The notes beneath the pieces were generated by a model. That model made no database searches, was not told where the DNA came from, and saw nothing but the letters and a program-made list of their open reading frames with translations. Shown here one piece after another: positions 23,225 through 34,649 of a stretch of DNA of 64,000 nucleotides. The stretch is taken from assembly GCA_036172245.1 (NCBI GenBank), contig JAYWIR010000003.1:1674001-1738000 (forward strand), given 5' to 3'. Position 1 is the first letter of the stretch; each line of letters starts with the position of its first letter. The stretch is from Raillietiella orientalis. Lineage: Eukaryota. Position numbers and translations under genes: made by a program.

Positions 23225-26200
23225 GTTTGGACATTTTGTTTGAATCGTGGGATGTGAAAATGCCTGCATCGGTTTGTTCCCGTTCTCTTGCAGCATCACT
23301 GCTGTGATTGTCCGAGCGCATTGTGTGTGCTCTTTTTTTTTTTTTTTTTTTTTTTTTTGCAGACGGCATCAGTATGTGTTCCGTGGCACCTTGCAGTAAA
23401 TTGATCTTTTCCCAAATTCCCGTGCCTCCGGGGTGGGAATCTTCTGTGCATCGCACGTAATTAAAGAGCCGGAGTAATCACCTTAAGTGATCGCACCGAG
23501 ATTCGGATGCACGTGATGCGTGGAAGGCACGGAAACTTGGGAATCCCTTCCGCACAGGGATGGTCATTCCAGCATCTCTTACTGTGTCCGCCCCATTTCC
23601 GAGCTCTTGCACAAAGTAAGCAATCTTTCAGATGGTCCACCAGTGCTTTCTGTGCAGTTCATGGCTTCCTCCTTGCAGAGCCGATAGTTTCGCTAATTAC
23701 GGCTAGGTTTTCACACGTACCGTGGATCGTTAATTACTAAATCATAACGGGACAGTTTCAGGAGGAATTCCGCACTGTGGCGAAATGGCTGTGCTGCAGC
23801 CATCCTGAATTACAAGTTGACGAGGAAAACTCGAGAACTTTGTGACCCGAGGCTTTAGGGACGGAGTTTGCAGGGATTTTTCCGGGCGCATCAGCTGAAA
23901 GGAGCTCCGTGAAAGTTGATTTCATCTCCCGGCCAACAGCTCGCTCTTGACGCATTTTCCGAGATTTCTTGCATTCCGTGTGAAATTCGTGTCATTCATC
24001 GGAGTGCACTTGCGTTTCGAAGATGTGTGTGTGTGTGTGTGTTTATCAGTCTGAAATGTACGCCGTGTAATTTCAAAATGAATGCCTGTACACGTGAACT
24101 CCTGTGTGCATCCATCAGCTGAGGACAAGGCCATAATGCAGAACTCACCTAAAGCTAAAGGTGTTTTCCTCATCAGGAAAGGATTCGAAAAGAAATGTAT
24201 TATTCGTACGCATTTTTCCAATTTGTGTGTTTGCACAGTCGTACGACCGTCGCCATCAGCACGCTGGTACACATGATAAACATGCGCACGAGCGTTCGGA
24301 ATGGTTTCGCAGCCAGTAATCGGGATGGAAATTCCACCCTTCTTCCTGAAACTCAACCCATCTTTCTTCCCGACTCGGAGGCCCGTGTACAAAAGCAGTC
24401 TCCTCATCAGCGGATACGTACATTGTTTTGGCCAGTACTCCCGCGTCGGAACGCGAACTGGAAGGTCACCGACTTTGAAAGCACGGCCGTGTGAAGTGTC
24501 ACACAGGTTCCGCGCGTTTCCCACCGCACCAGCGTTTCTAGGAAGCTCCTCCGGTTGGCGGGTGTACCACTCAAAGACGAACCTGCTGCATCGAATCGAA
24601 CCCCTTCGTTCCTTGAGGCTGGCGCTCGCGTGTAATGCCGGATCAGCACTGATTAGTATTCTCTCCGATATCACTCTGTGTCCTGTGTTTTAAGGAATGC
24701 GATTATTCTTTTTACGTTTCGCGATCAGCAGCTCTCTTTTCAAAGCGATTCCTCTTGGAGAGAAGCAGACTTCAAAGTGCGCTCGCGGTGTTTGAAAGCT
24801 CAGCTGCATCATCTGGATTTTCTCCTTACGTGTACGGATTCCAAGCAGCTTTCTTTTCTGTACATCTTTCTGTGCATGATTGATGGCGATTCCAGGAAAC
24901 GAGTTTTCTCAGGAGGATGGGGATGCTTGCAGATGAGCATTCGATATTCAAGAATGAAGGGGAGCCTGGCGAATGGGGTCCGCGGGAGCAGATTTTCTGC
25001 CAGTTTCATTCGAGACGAGCGAAAGGTTCCCCAGAGCAGCGTGCTGCGATTTTTCTTGCGCCGAGTAATCGTCATCAATCTGGAATCCGAATTCGTGTTC
25101 GATCGGGAAGCAGGGAAGAGTTCTTGTAGCACAACCCCACTCGGAACGGTTTTGTTCCAGTTTGCCCGTCAGCACTTGAGTGAAGACATTTCCCGTGCAA
25201 CTGCTTCCAAGAAACTCCGGAAACCGTGAATTTCGGGTCTTTTCCCCATTCTTCCTGCTGCATGTACGCCACTATCGTCCCGTATCACCCCCCCCCCACA
25301 CACACACACACAGTCGCTAGCAGTGTACTCCGGCTTTTGGGGGCGACGATGTTTAAACGATTCTTTTTAGCACTCACCTGAAAACAGTCTCCTCTGTGAA
25401 ATAAAGCTTCTTTCGTTTCTGAAACCGGTTTTCTTTATTTTTATTTTTTTCAAAAAAAAAAAAAAACAGCGACAACTTTTGCTTTTCTCTGCCTCTCTCA
25501 TACAGATGCGCGTGTGTCGGCTTCGTGAACGGTATTCAATATTGTATTTAAAGTAATAGTCTGATGTGGATGTCGTTACGGTTTGTTTTTGAAAGTCTCG
25601 GCCTGAATGGAGCTTTCGTAACGGATTCTTTGTGAAGATTCAAACTTGGGACAAACTGTGTACGAACTGGGTGTGTATGGGGATTACTCGCTTTGATTTC
25701 AGATCAGCGTGCTTCCCCGGTTTCTGTTTCACTGCCAGTCTTTAAAAAAGCTAACCTTAAGCGATAATGACGTTCAGAGCATTCCTTTGGGAATAGGGTC
25801 TCTGATAAACTTAGAGGAACTGGACATCAGCAAGAATGGTACTGATTGATGAACACGGCGCTTTCAAAGGTTGCGAAGCTATTTTAGAGTTACCAGAGGA
25901 CATTAAGAATTGCAAAAAGTTGACCATCTTGCAAGTGTCGGTCAACCCGTTGAGCAAACTCCCAGAATGTTTGACGCACTTGTCCTCGCTGACCGAGCTT
26001 TACCTCAACGATGTCCTGCTGGAATTTCTCCCGGCCAGTTTCGGACGCCTTTGCAAACTTCGGGTGCTGGAACTGCGTGACAACACCCTGAGTTCCCTTC
26101 CTCGCTCCATGTCACGTTTGAAAATGCTGGAGCGCCTGGACATAGGACAGAATGAGTTCGAAGAATTGGTAATTTGGATGGGAAGCATTATTCTAACTGT

Positions 26201-27938
26201 TGTTCTTTTAAGCCTGAGGTTGTTGGTGAAATAATAGGGTTAAAGGAAATCTGGTGCGACGGCAACCACCTTCACGCACTCTCCGAGTTTTTAAATAAAT
26301 TAACTTCTTTGACCTTCCTGAATGCGTCGTCTAATAAAATAGAGCAGATCGGCATTGGAGTATTTGATTTAAAAGCTTTGGAAATTCTGGATTTATCTAA
26401 AAACATGCTGAAAGTAAAAGGGAAAGATGGTCTATAAGTTTTGCTTGGAAGAATTTTCCAGACGGCCATGGAAAGCTCTCCACTTTGAAAGCATTAGATT
26501 TACAGAGTAACAGAATCACAAGTTTGCCCCACACGATTGGATCTCTGACGAATTTAGAAGAAGTCAATTTGAGAGAGAATCACTTAAAGATTCTTCCTTC
26601 CAGCTTTGGGATGCTTCGGAAGCTGAGGATTCTCAATGTTGATAGGAACCAATTGCAGAGCATTCCCTCTGGCAAGTTGGAGGCTTCAGACGTTGCAAAC
26701 AATGGATTGCTCCGTAGAAATAGGAAGTTGCTTTAGTTTGACCATCCTGTCCTTGAGGTCAAACAAGCTCCGGAGTATCCCGGAAGAACTAGAACAGTTG
26801 AACTCCCTTCAGGTGTTGGATCTGACAGACAATCGTTTGCAGCGCCTCCCGTGCTCTCTGTCGAAACTCTCTTCCCTCAAAGTAAGTTCTTTCCGGATGA
26901 GACGTAAAAGTTGCACCAGTGCAGGCACTGTGGCTGAGTGAAAACCAGACGAAGCCTCTCATCCCTCTGACCTGTTCCTCGGACCCCGACAGCGGAACGC
27001 GGTACCTGACCTGCGTTCTCCTGCCACAGAGTCGTTGCAGTCGGATCTCAGGTTGGCCTCTCCGTTCCTCTCTTTGAAAAAAGGTCTTCCCGGTCGCCGC
27101 AGTGCACTCGATCGAATCGTTCTCGGAGCGGGAAAACCGGGACCACATCAAATTCGACCAGAACGTGGAATCCAAGGCGGAAGGGCACTCTGGATGTTTG
27201 TACCCCAAGGAGCACAAGACCCTTTCGAAGCACCTGCGCAACCAAGCTCTGCGGCAGACGATCGACAAGTCAGCCGATGACCAGAATGAACGACTGGTCA
27301 GTTCAGAGCAGTGTCTTTTTCCTTTTGAACTACTTTGTAGGACGGGGTCAATCCAGCACCCGCATTGGAATCGCATCCCGGCTGCGCTCCTGGATCGAGA
27401 GAGCTGAAGAAGGACGCGACCGGGCGGCTTCCTTCGGAAGTCGAGGGGAAACGCAAGCAGCCACCGCCCTACGAAATAGCAGCTGCCAGCTCCAAGTACG
27501 CCGCCAAGTTCTCTCAGCAGTACCGGTACCCAGCTCGGGTTGCTCTTGCTGCTCTGATATCCGGGCATTTTTCCTTCAGGCTGAGTGAGAACACCGGTCC
27601 CCAGGAGGTGGAAACGGTCAGCGACCTGGTGACCACCATCAACGAAGGCGTCCGAAGCGATTTGGAAGGGAGTAGCGATGAATCTTCCGCTCACACGCCT
27701 CAAGAATCCATCAACAGGAGCTTCCGTCGCGTGAGTTTCAAAGTGCAGACTGCTGACGGGTACCGCGTGGTCACGGTGAGTCGCCTCACTCCTGGCGAAT
27801 GCAACGCCCAACCTACCATTGTTTCTTTCCCGACCTCAGTCAAATGCCGGCAACTCGAGGTCACAGTCCCAGCAAGCTAGAGGTCGGACCAAAGCGCCTC
27901 CTGGCAGAGTCTGCAAACCCGTCGAGGACAGTGCCTAA
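23069..27938 (+). CDS. Lap1: LAP-family leucine-rich repeat protein (Erbin/Densin-180/Lap1-like), spliced gene of about 11 exons and about 655 aa in this model
   Basis: Spliced translation follows Erbin/Densin in register: [98 protein letters not shown] (LAP-specific domain). Exons: 23069-23224, 25703-25838, 25879-26168, 26213-26413, 26452-26671, 26718-26881, 26925-27051, 27103-27296, 27341-27525, 27580-27775, 27840-27938. All phases are consistent. The last two junctions and the stop are uncertain. Confidence 0.92.
23900..25200 (-). mobile_element. Possible decayed RT fragment inside LAP intron 1, antisense to the gene
   Basis: [20 protein letters not shown] (24809..25132 ORF) and ILISADP relics in RT motif order. 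Confidence 0.3.
24024..24042. repeat. (TG)n microsatellite in LAP intron 1
   Basis: tgtgtgtgtgtgtgtgtgt. Confidence 0.85.
25703..25838 (+). CDS. Lap1: LAP gene exon 2
   Basis: tttcag acceptor; [14 protein letters not shown]...LDISKN; GT at 25839. Confidence 0.9.
25879..26168 (+). CDS. Lap1: LAP gene exon 3
   Basis: [13 protein letters not shown]...GQNEFEEL; gtaatt donor at 26169. Confidence 0.9.
26213..26413 (+). CDS. Lap1: LAP gene exon 4
   Basis: [18 protein letters not shown]...LSKNMLK; gtaaaa donor at 26414. Confidence 0.9.
26452..26671 (+). CDS. Lap1: LAP gene exon 5
   Basis: [20 protein letters not shown]...QSIPS; gcaagt donor at 26672. Confidence 0.88.
26718..26881 (+). CDS. Lap1: LAP gene exon 6
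   Basis: [18 protein letters not shown]...SKLSSLK; gtaagt donor at 26882. Confidence 0.9.
26925..27051 (+). CDS. Lap1: LAP gene exon 7 (LAP-specific domain)
   Basis: [15 protein letters not shown]...YLTCVLLPQ. An in-frame TGA in the following 51 nt requires splicing. Confidence 0.88.
27103..27296 (+). CDS. Lap1: LAP gene exon 8
   Basis: cgcag acceptor, open frame (HIKFD..LYPKEHK), gtcagt donor at 27297. Confidence 0.75.
27341..27775 (+). CDS. Lap1: LAP gene exons 9-10 (probable in-frame 54-nt intron at 27526-27579)
   Basis: tttgtag acceptor, [16 protein letters not shown] motif, ttccttcag acceptor at 27579, gtgagt donors at 27731 and 27776. Confidence 0.65.
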
Positions 27939-28299
27939 GGATTCCACGGGCGAGTCGATTCCGTTGGGATCTGGGAGGATTCCTCGCATCACAGCGGTTC
28001 GAGGACGCGCACCTCCACCCCCCCCATTTGGATCTTGACGTTTCGTCCCCCGAAAAAGCCGAAAGTAGTGTCCTGCAACTCGGGCAGGCAGCCGCCGGCG
28101 GGAACCGATTCCCCGAACAACCGTCCTGTGCTGTTCCCCCACCCCCCACTCCCCGCTCTCGTCTTCCAGGTTTCCGGGACCGGTCTCTCGTCGGCGCGCC
28201 CGTTGCCCGAAGCTCCGACGATCTCTTGCATGTGGTGTTGGTCCTCCCCCGCCCCCCATTTCCCCGTTGCGCAGATCGAGTGTGCCGTTGCTGTCGCTG

Positions 28300-29500
28300 T
28301 CTTGCTCCTTTCTTCTCTCTCAATTAAACAAGCGGGGCTCTTCCGTGCGCAGCACGCAACACGCTCCTTCACTGTTCTCTGAAGTGCCATTCAGAATTTT
28401 CGCATGCTGGCCGGGGACCCAGGAGGTGTGCCCGCAGTGCACGTTCCCGGCCGGGCTGTGCGTCGGAGGGTTTCGGGCCTGCCGTTTCCGTCGCAGCCGC
28501 CGAGGTGAAGTGCAATAACATTTTTGTAGGTAATCGTGGCTCCAGTCCAGGAGGTCGAGTAGAGGATTCATGCGAGGGAAAGGGAGGGAAAGAAAAGAAC
28601 CCGGGATGTCCCTTCTTCCAGTTGTTGCACCCATTGGCAGATTGTGGGTGGTGACCTTTTTTATTATTATTATTATTATTCTTTTATTGGGAGCGACTCT
28701 CACTTGCGGAAGAAAGTGAGCGGCAATTTGTGCACCGCCTCCTCCGAGTTTCACGATAGGCGCGAGTCAGGAAGTCAGGAATGCTTGCATCCGTCTCGCA
28801 GATTCGGGAGCAAAAAAGAAGAAAGGGAAATTCCATCTCCGCGTGGTCAGAGTTCGCCCGAGGTGACCCGTCGTCGGAATGCCTGATCAGGCGATCCACG
28901 TTGAGCAGGCCCCGATGCCATCGGCGTGGCCAAGCCCGAATCTGATTTCTCCATGAAAGAAGGATAGGCGGCGGTTTCATGAGGAAACGGTGCTTGGGCA
29001 AACTCGGGCAGACAGGCGGTCTGCTTGGCGGAGTTGCCACCCCGCTGCCCTCCTGCCCGATTCCAGGATGCGGCGACGACGCCCTTCGCTCACCGGAGGA
29101 AGCGTCGGATTCAGCTTGCGCGCGCTGCCGCCAGCCTCCAGCTGTCTGACACTTAAAAGTCGCGCTGTCCGAGCACGCGCATCGCGATGCCCCCCTCCTG
29201 GGACCCTCGTGCTGCGGAGTTCAAGCATCCGACGGTGTCGCGGTGTTTCCAGTCTGTGCTGTCACCTTCCTCCCGGCCGGCCTTCCCTCCGGACTCCACA
29301 GATGAAGCATTTACGAAATGTCTCGTGACGCCACGCACGTCGTCGCTTCCTATTCGACGCACTTCCAACCGCGTCCCGACCTGCTCCCCTCTGAGGGGGA
29401 GGGGAGGGATACGCCCAAGGTACCGTTGTTTGCTCTCGTGCTCATGAGGTGTGTGTGGACGTAACACAGCTCTGCGTGTCGCAAAGCGAGGCTGGAACGA
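28300..29500 (-). mobile_element. Possible decayed RT fragment
   Basis: RHFVNASSV (about 29310) and IRHSDDG (about 28880) in RT motif order. Confidence 0.25.
28661..28680. repeat. (TTA)n microsatellite
   Basis: ttattattattattattatt. Confidence 0.85.
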
Positions 29501-30399
29501 GAGCGCGCGCGCAAAGGCAGCGTGCTGAAGGGCTCACCTGCTGGAAGTGCCTGTGCATCAGTGCAGCAGCGTCAGCGCACAGATGTGCATGTCATTGCCT
29601 GTCGACAGCAGCCACCTCGTTTAAGGGTGACATCTTAGAACTCAACTTCTGGCTCCAGAGTCCAAGCGTCCTACCTTCGGATCTAGCGGGGCGGATCTCA
29701 CGAGACCATCGCGTTTGCCTTCCATTGAGAAGTATCCTTGAACTTTTTTAAACACGTAGACCTTGCTTTCGTTCTGTACTCTCGCCTTTGCTGGCGCTAC
29801 CGCCGACCCATGCTTCATTCCGCTTCTGCGTCATTCGCGCGCCTCAGGCCGCGGTGACGCTGGCCTGAGGCGCCTCAGTCTTTTTGCGCACCAACAAGCT
29901 CCCTCTCAGTGTGGGTCATCGAGCACAAGTTCTCGCCAATCCGCGGCGCTTCCTGCGCATAGATGCGCAGACGCTCCTGGGCTTCCTGGGTCTTTCGGTG
30001 CTCTTGAAAGAATTGCCTGGCTCCCGGCCCTAGGACGCGTTCCGCGTCGTGTACCGTTGTCGCGTCAACCGAAGTCCTGTCGCCGTGTTCGGCAGGTGTG
30101 TGGAAGACAGTCAAGTGGGAGCGTGGAGTGCATGGAGTGCTCGGTTGGAGGCGGCCGTTATCACGTCAGGGATCCGCACGCCGAATCGCGAGCGTGACGT
30201 GTGATGCCTCGGCGAGCAGCGCAAGTCACTCCATCCCCTGCATAGGTCAGAGGCTGTCTGGGGGAGAGGCAGGAAAAAAGAGAGAAGAAAAAACACTCTG
30301 ATGAAATACCGTGCGGGACTCCCCTGCTCACGTAAAGGGAAATCGGTCCGGAATGTTCTCCGGAATCTGTGCTTCGGGAACGTGTCGAAGGAGTGCGAG

Positions 30400-31400
30400 G
30401 GACGGCTCAAAGAAATCTCATTGTTCTGAAAGGCGTGTTGAAAGTGGAGGAATCGTCGAAAAGAAGGAAAAGGGCAGAAAGGGGGAGTTGCTGAGGATTC
30501 GAAAGGTAACTCGAGATTTTATCAGCACCTGAAGGAGAAAAAAAAATGTCGTCGAGAATTCGGTTGTTCTCGGTTCGCGCCAGTCGTTCTGCGTCGCGAC
30601 AACGGAGACAGGCTGTCCCCGTAGCTCCTAGCTGTAGAGGCGGTTGTAACCTCGACCGTCGCCGAACGTGATTGACCTCACAGACTGGATCGGCCAAGCT
30701 TTCCATCCGAGTACCTATCGATGCGGAGCTCACCTGCCGGACACTGGTGGTCCCACTTTCTTTGACTTTTTCCAGCCGCCGAGGGAGCCACCCGACCGGC
30801 TCAGAAACGGAAATTCGAGTCTTCGGAAGCTGCTTCGAGGTGCACAGGAAGATGTGGCGACGTGAAGATGGGCTGGAGACCCCCCATGCAGAAGAACCGC
30901 GAGCAACGCCCGATTGCGCTTCCTGCGCTTTGGCTGACACGTGGACCCTTGGGAGCGCAGAGAGGGACGAGCCCAGGCGATGGCCTCGAGGGAGGATGAA
31001 ACGCAGCTATTTCTTGGAAAATCTCGCCAAAGTACCGACAACATACCGAGGGAAAGAAAGATGTTGCTGAGATTCGGAGGCGTCCAAAATTGGACAGCAG
31101 TAATTGGAGTCGACGCGCAAAGGGTGCTGCGTTTCTTTCCCACTTCAAGCATGCGTTTCATTTCGATTCGTGAGGAAAAGATCATGGTGTCGCTGAAGGT
31201 CGTCTGAGAGGTGGGAACGGTACGGAAGTGCGTCGGCGTCTTGAGTGGGATTACAAGGTCTCGATGCCATGACTAAACCCGAGGCGGAGAGGACCTCCCA
31301 TGCAGAAGCGAGTTCAAGAATTCTAACAGCGAAAGCACCTTCCCGCTGGAATCCCTCCTTGGCCTTCAGGAACCCTGGGTGCCTGCGCAAAGGACCGCAA
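30400..31400 (-). mobile_element. Decayed R2-group reverse transcriptase
   Basis: LSVLWRDFPRNSCVSSSLEAIAWA (W.D..NAF.S..HEAI-like) followed by GGLQPIFTSPHLPVHLE (QG.PLSP.LF-like). Confidence 0.55.
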
Positions 31401-31439
31401 AATGGCGTTTCACTGTGCCGTTCTCTTGCAAAACGTGCT

Positions 31440-32210
31440 CGACCACTAACGGGACACCGTTTCTTGCTCCGCTAACTGCTGAATAACCGTTTGCCCCTTC
31501 GGGAGGCTCACGAAGCTCTTAAACGCTGTCCACGTACTCCACCCGAAGGTGCGTGGGACTCTTCAAGTTATAGGGAGTGACCCCGGGAGGGCACCACCCT
31601 ATGAATCCAGCAAGGCTCCGGAGGGAAAGAGTCCGTCCCCCTTACGCTTGGGGGATAACCCCGTAGGGAATCACCTCGTCCTTGTTCTCTCCGGAGGGAC
31701 CCCTCGGAGAAAGTCGTTCTTCCGGAGGGAACTGCTAATTGTTTCCTCCTCTGAAGAGGAATCCCGAAAGGGACGCTTCCGAATTTCTCTGGAGGGTCTC
31801 TCCCCGGGGGGGGAGGGGGGCAGGGCGCTTCTTGACAGAATGGCAACTTCCCGAGGGAGTTGTCGACGAGCTGCATGGCACGCGATGGAAGGTCCTCCCC
31901 TGAAGGAAGAGGACGGCTCCGCTTCCGCAACTGGAGGGGGAACCGGCTACTCGATTCCTGGAAGGACCCCGGAAGGCCGACTCCCAATCCCGGCCAGTCA
32001 ACGGGGACATCCAAGGATTTCCAGCTTCCACCCGTTCCGCATCCGAAACCTACAGGCCAACCAGCGCCGTCCTGCGGGGGGGTGGGGATTCGAAACCCAC
32101 GATGCACTTCCCCCATTTCTCGGTGTCGATTCCTCCTCGTGGGGATTCGAATCCGCAACGCTTGGTGCCATGCGCGGAGACCACATCCATCACGGCCGCC
32201 AACGCAGGTG
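31440..32210 (-). mobile_element. tRNA-headed SINE-like element, near full length
   Basis: Two T-arm/B-box motifs on the minus strand (gcggattcgaatcccc 32141-32156; gtgggtttcgaatccccac 32082-32100). Body and tail are colinear with the other copies. Confidence 0.8.
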
Positions 32211-33399
32211 CTTCCTCCTTTGGAGGAATGGAGAAAAAGATGAGGACCTTCCTTGGTCCCTTGGTCTTTGTTCGCTGCTGCCTGGGTGGTTTGGGAGATT
32301 TCGTTGTCTTTCGTGCGAGGTTTTCCACTGCTGGTAATCCACAGTCCGTCTTTGCATTTGACCGCGGTCAACGCGAGCTAACCGCGAGCGCGAAACTTCC
32401 GGAGGTCTCAGTCCCTCTATGTAAATCTTTCCGTCTTTCTTTCCGTCAGGGATACTCAAAACGCTGGAGGAGTTTTCCCATGAGTTCTTAAATGACGACA
32501 CCTCGACCTTCCTTCTGCCGGACCTGCGGTCAAGACTTTCTTCCACGGGTTTTCTGGCAACCGTATCCCGGCATCACCGCACGAGAGCGGGTGGCGCTGT
32601 CCCTGTGCACTTCTCCATCGAGCGATCTGCTGGCAGCTCACCCTGACTTCGTGATTAAGTTAAACTGCTATCGTAATTAACGTAACAGCTGAAGCTGGCT
32701 GCGTCTCTTGTGGATCATGCGATGTCTTCCTGCGCAAACTGCGTGTTGCTGAAGCAAACTTCGGTATGGCATTCGGATGAACGTGGGAGAAAACTACGTA
32801 GTTCCCGGGTAGAAAAACAGACGCGGGGCTTTCTATGGCGGGGGGGACTTCGCGCCTATCCTTCATCGCGAGGTGTGTACACTGGAATACACTACTTGCA
32901 ATGGCACAAGCAGTATAAGGATGGGCATCTGTGCGGTTTCCTGTTATGCTCGGGATTGTTAGTATCTGGAGTAAGCAGACGGATACGATCGGCAGTTGTC
33001 AACCCTCTCCTCCTTCAGACGTGTCCGAAAGAGTGACGCAAACAGATTGATAATCTACAAAAATAAAAACAAAAACAAAAAACAAATGAGAGGGCATCAA
33101 AATTCCAGAATGCATCTCTGCAATCGAAGAGATTCCAGAGAACATCGGACCGATTTCCCTTTACGTGAGCAGGGGAGTCCTACGCGGTGTTCCATCCGAG
33201 TGTTTTTTCTTTTCTCCCCCTCCTCCCCAGATGGCCTCTGAAATATGCAGGGGATGGAGTGATTTGCGCTGCTCGCCGAGGGAAAAAATATTCCTTTCAG
33301 GAGGAGTCCTGCAAAAGAGGCCCTATTGTTTCCGACCGTATGAGTTCCTCCTACGGTCGGAATCCGTAGTCGGGAATCGCTCTGCGATTCCAGCTTTGC

Positions 33400-34250
33400 T
33401 TCCGGTCCTTTCCGACACTTGTTGCACTTTTTGGTTTCTTCCTGGGACGCGCGTCCTCTCACTGGGGTTTCTCGCGCATGCGACACGCTCTGCGGCGAGC
33501 CAAAGAACGTTCCTCCGGCCTGAGGTGTCTCCCCTGTCCTTGCCACTCTTTCATGTCCGATCCTGGAGATGCTACACGTTCCGAGGGTCCCTTTTATGTG
33601 GTGCTTCTTCCAGATGGGATGGCGTATTCGCCTACCTGCCGACTCCTTCATGCGCCTTCCTGCGTTCTTGGCACTCCATGCGGGACCCCACCTGTGTGCA
33701 AGGCGTGTGCGACCAAGATGGCGTGCCCGCGACCTCCCGATGGCGTTCGAATTGAAATCGCTTTCCTCCTGCTCCGAAGGGGAGACGATGGGAGGAGGAA
33801 GCGGAGTCCACGCATGGCCGGAAAATACCTGAAGGGAAGGGTGAAATTCGCTCCCAGGGGCGGCAGCGCAATCGAGACCGGCTCGATGAAGTCTTCTCCC
33901 CGTTTCTTGGAATGGGGAGAAACCCGGGTGGCTTTTGAAAACCGGACTCGCCAAGTAAAGTCCAGGCACGGAGGTGCCAAGCGTGCCAAACGCATGCCTC
34001 CCATCCTTGGGTTCCCAGGCCCCCATCGTACACCGTCAACGAAGCGCGCGCGGGCGCCTCCCCGCGTCCTCTGGCACGCAAAAACCACTTCCTCTCCGGG
34101 TACCCCACGTGAAAGAAGTCGTTGTCTAACTGGAAGACGATCGAAGAAACTGAGAGAGGTCGGCAGGTCCGCGCGGCCCGAACGTCTTCAGTCCCGGACC
34201 ACCGGCTCCTGGCCCGCTGGCTAACGGCAGAGGAACGGCATGCTGGTTTC
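33400..34250 (-). mobile_element. L1/Tx1-like decayed ORF2 fragment
   Basis: ARASLTVYDGGLGTQGWEACVWHAWHLRAW, matching the post-RT GGLG motif. Confidence 0.45.
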
Positions 34251-34649
34251 TTTCCTGCGGATCAGTGCTCACCTGGCGGCGGCTGGTAGCAGCAGGGCGC
34301 GAAGCGGTTTCATGCAGACTTGCAGAGGAGAGGAAGGGTCTGAGGGTATTAGAACTCTAGCGGGATTAAAAAAAGAAAAAAAAAGGCCTTGTAACGTTCC
34401 TGCTTATCGAACAGACGTGCTTGTCGAATCGGGCCTTCCATGAGTCACATGCGATCTCCATCTCGTCTTCGCACGCCTCATCTTCAGTGCCTTCATGGTT
34501 CCCCTTGGAGATCCGCTGTTTGGTCTCCCTGAATCGTACACGTTTGCAGGATCATCACGTGAGTTTGAGGAAAGGAGCCTTTCGTAGAGAGCGCTCCGGG
34601 GCATAAACAGGCACTGCGCAAACTCGGAGCAGGAGCATCACGCCTCTTT

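Larger units (their letters stand above)
30207..33281. repeat. Pair of ~155-bp inverted repeats (30207-30368 and 33130-33281)
   Basis: Both start cctcggcgagcagcgcaa and share an identical 35-bp core ggactcccctgctcacgtaaagggaaatcggtccg (30316-30350 and 33146-33180). Confidence 0.9.

Noticed and set aside
26789..27811. 340-aa minus-strand ORF
   Set aside because: Antisense shadow of the GC-rich LAP exons; no recognisable domain.
29095..29650. PDZ fragments (SVGFSL, KGDILELN)
   Set aside because: Short matches without the intervening PDZ residues or convincing splice sites.
30296..30360. Hammerhead ribozyme (CTGATGA...GAAA)
   Set aside because: Stems II and III do not close properly, and the partner copy has CGGATGG at this position.
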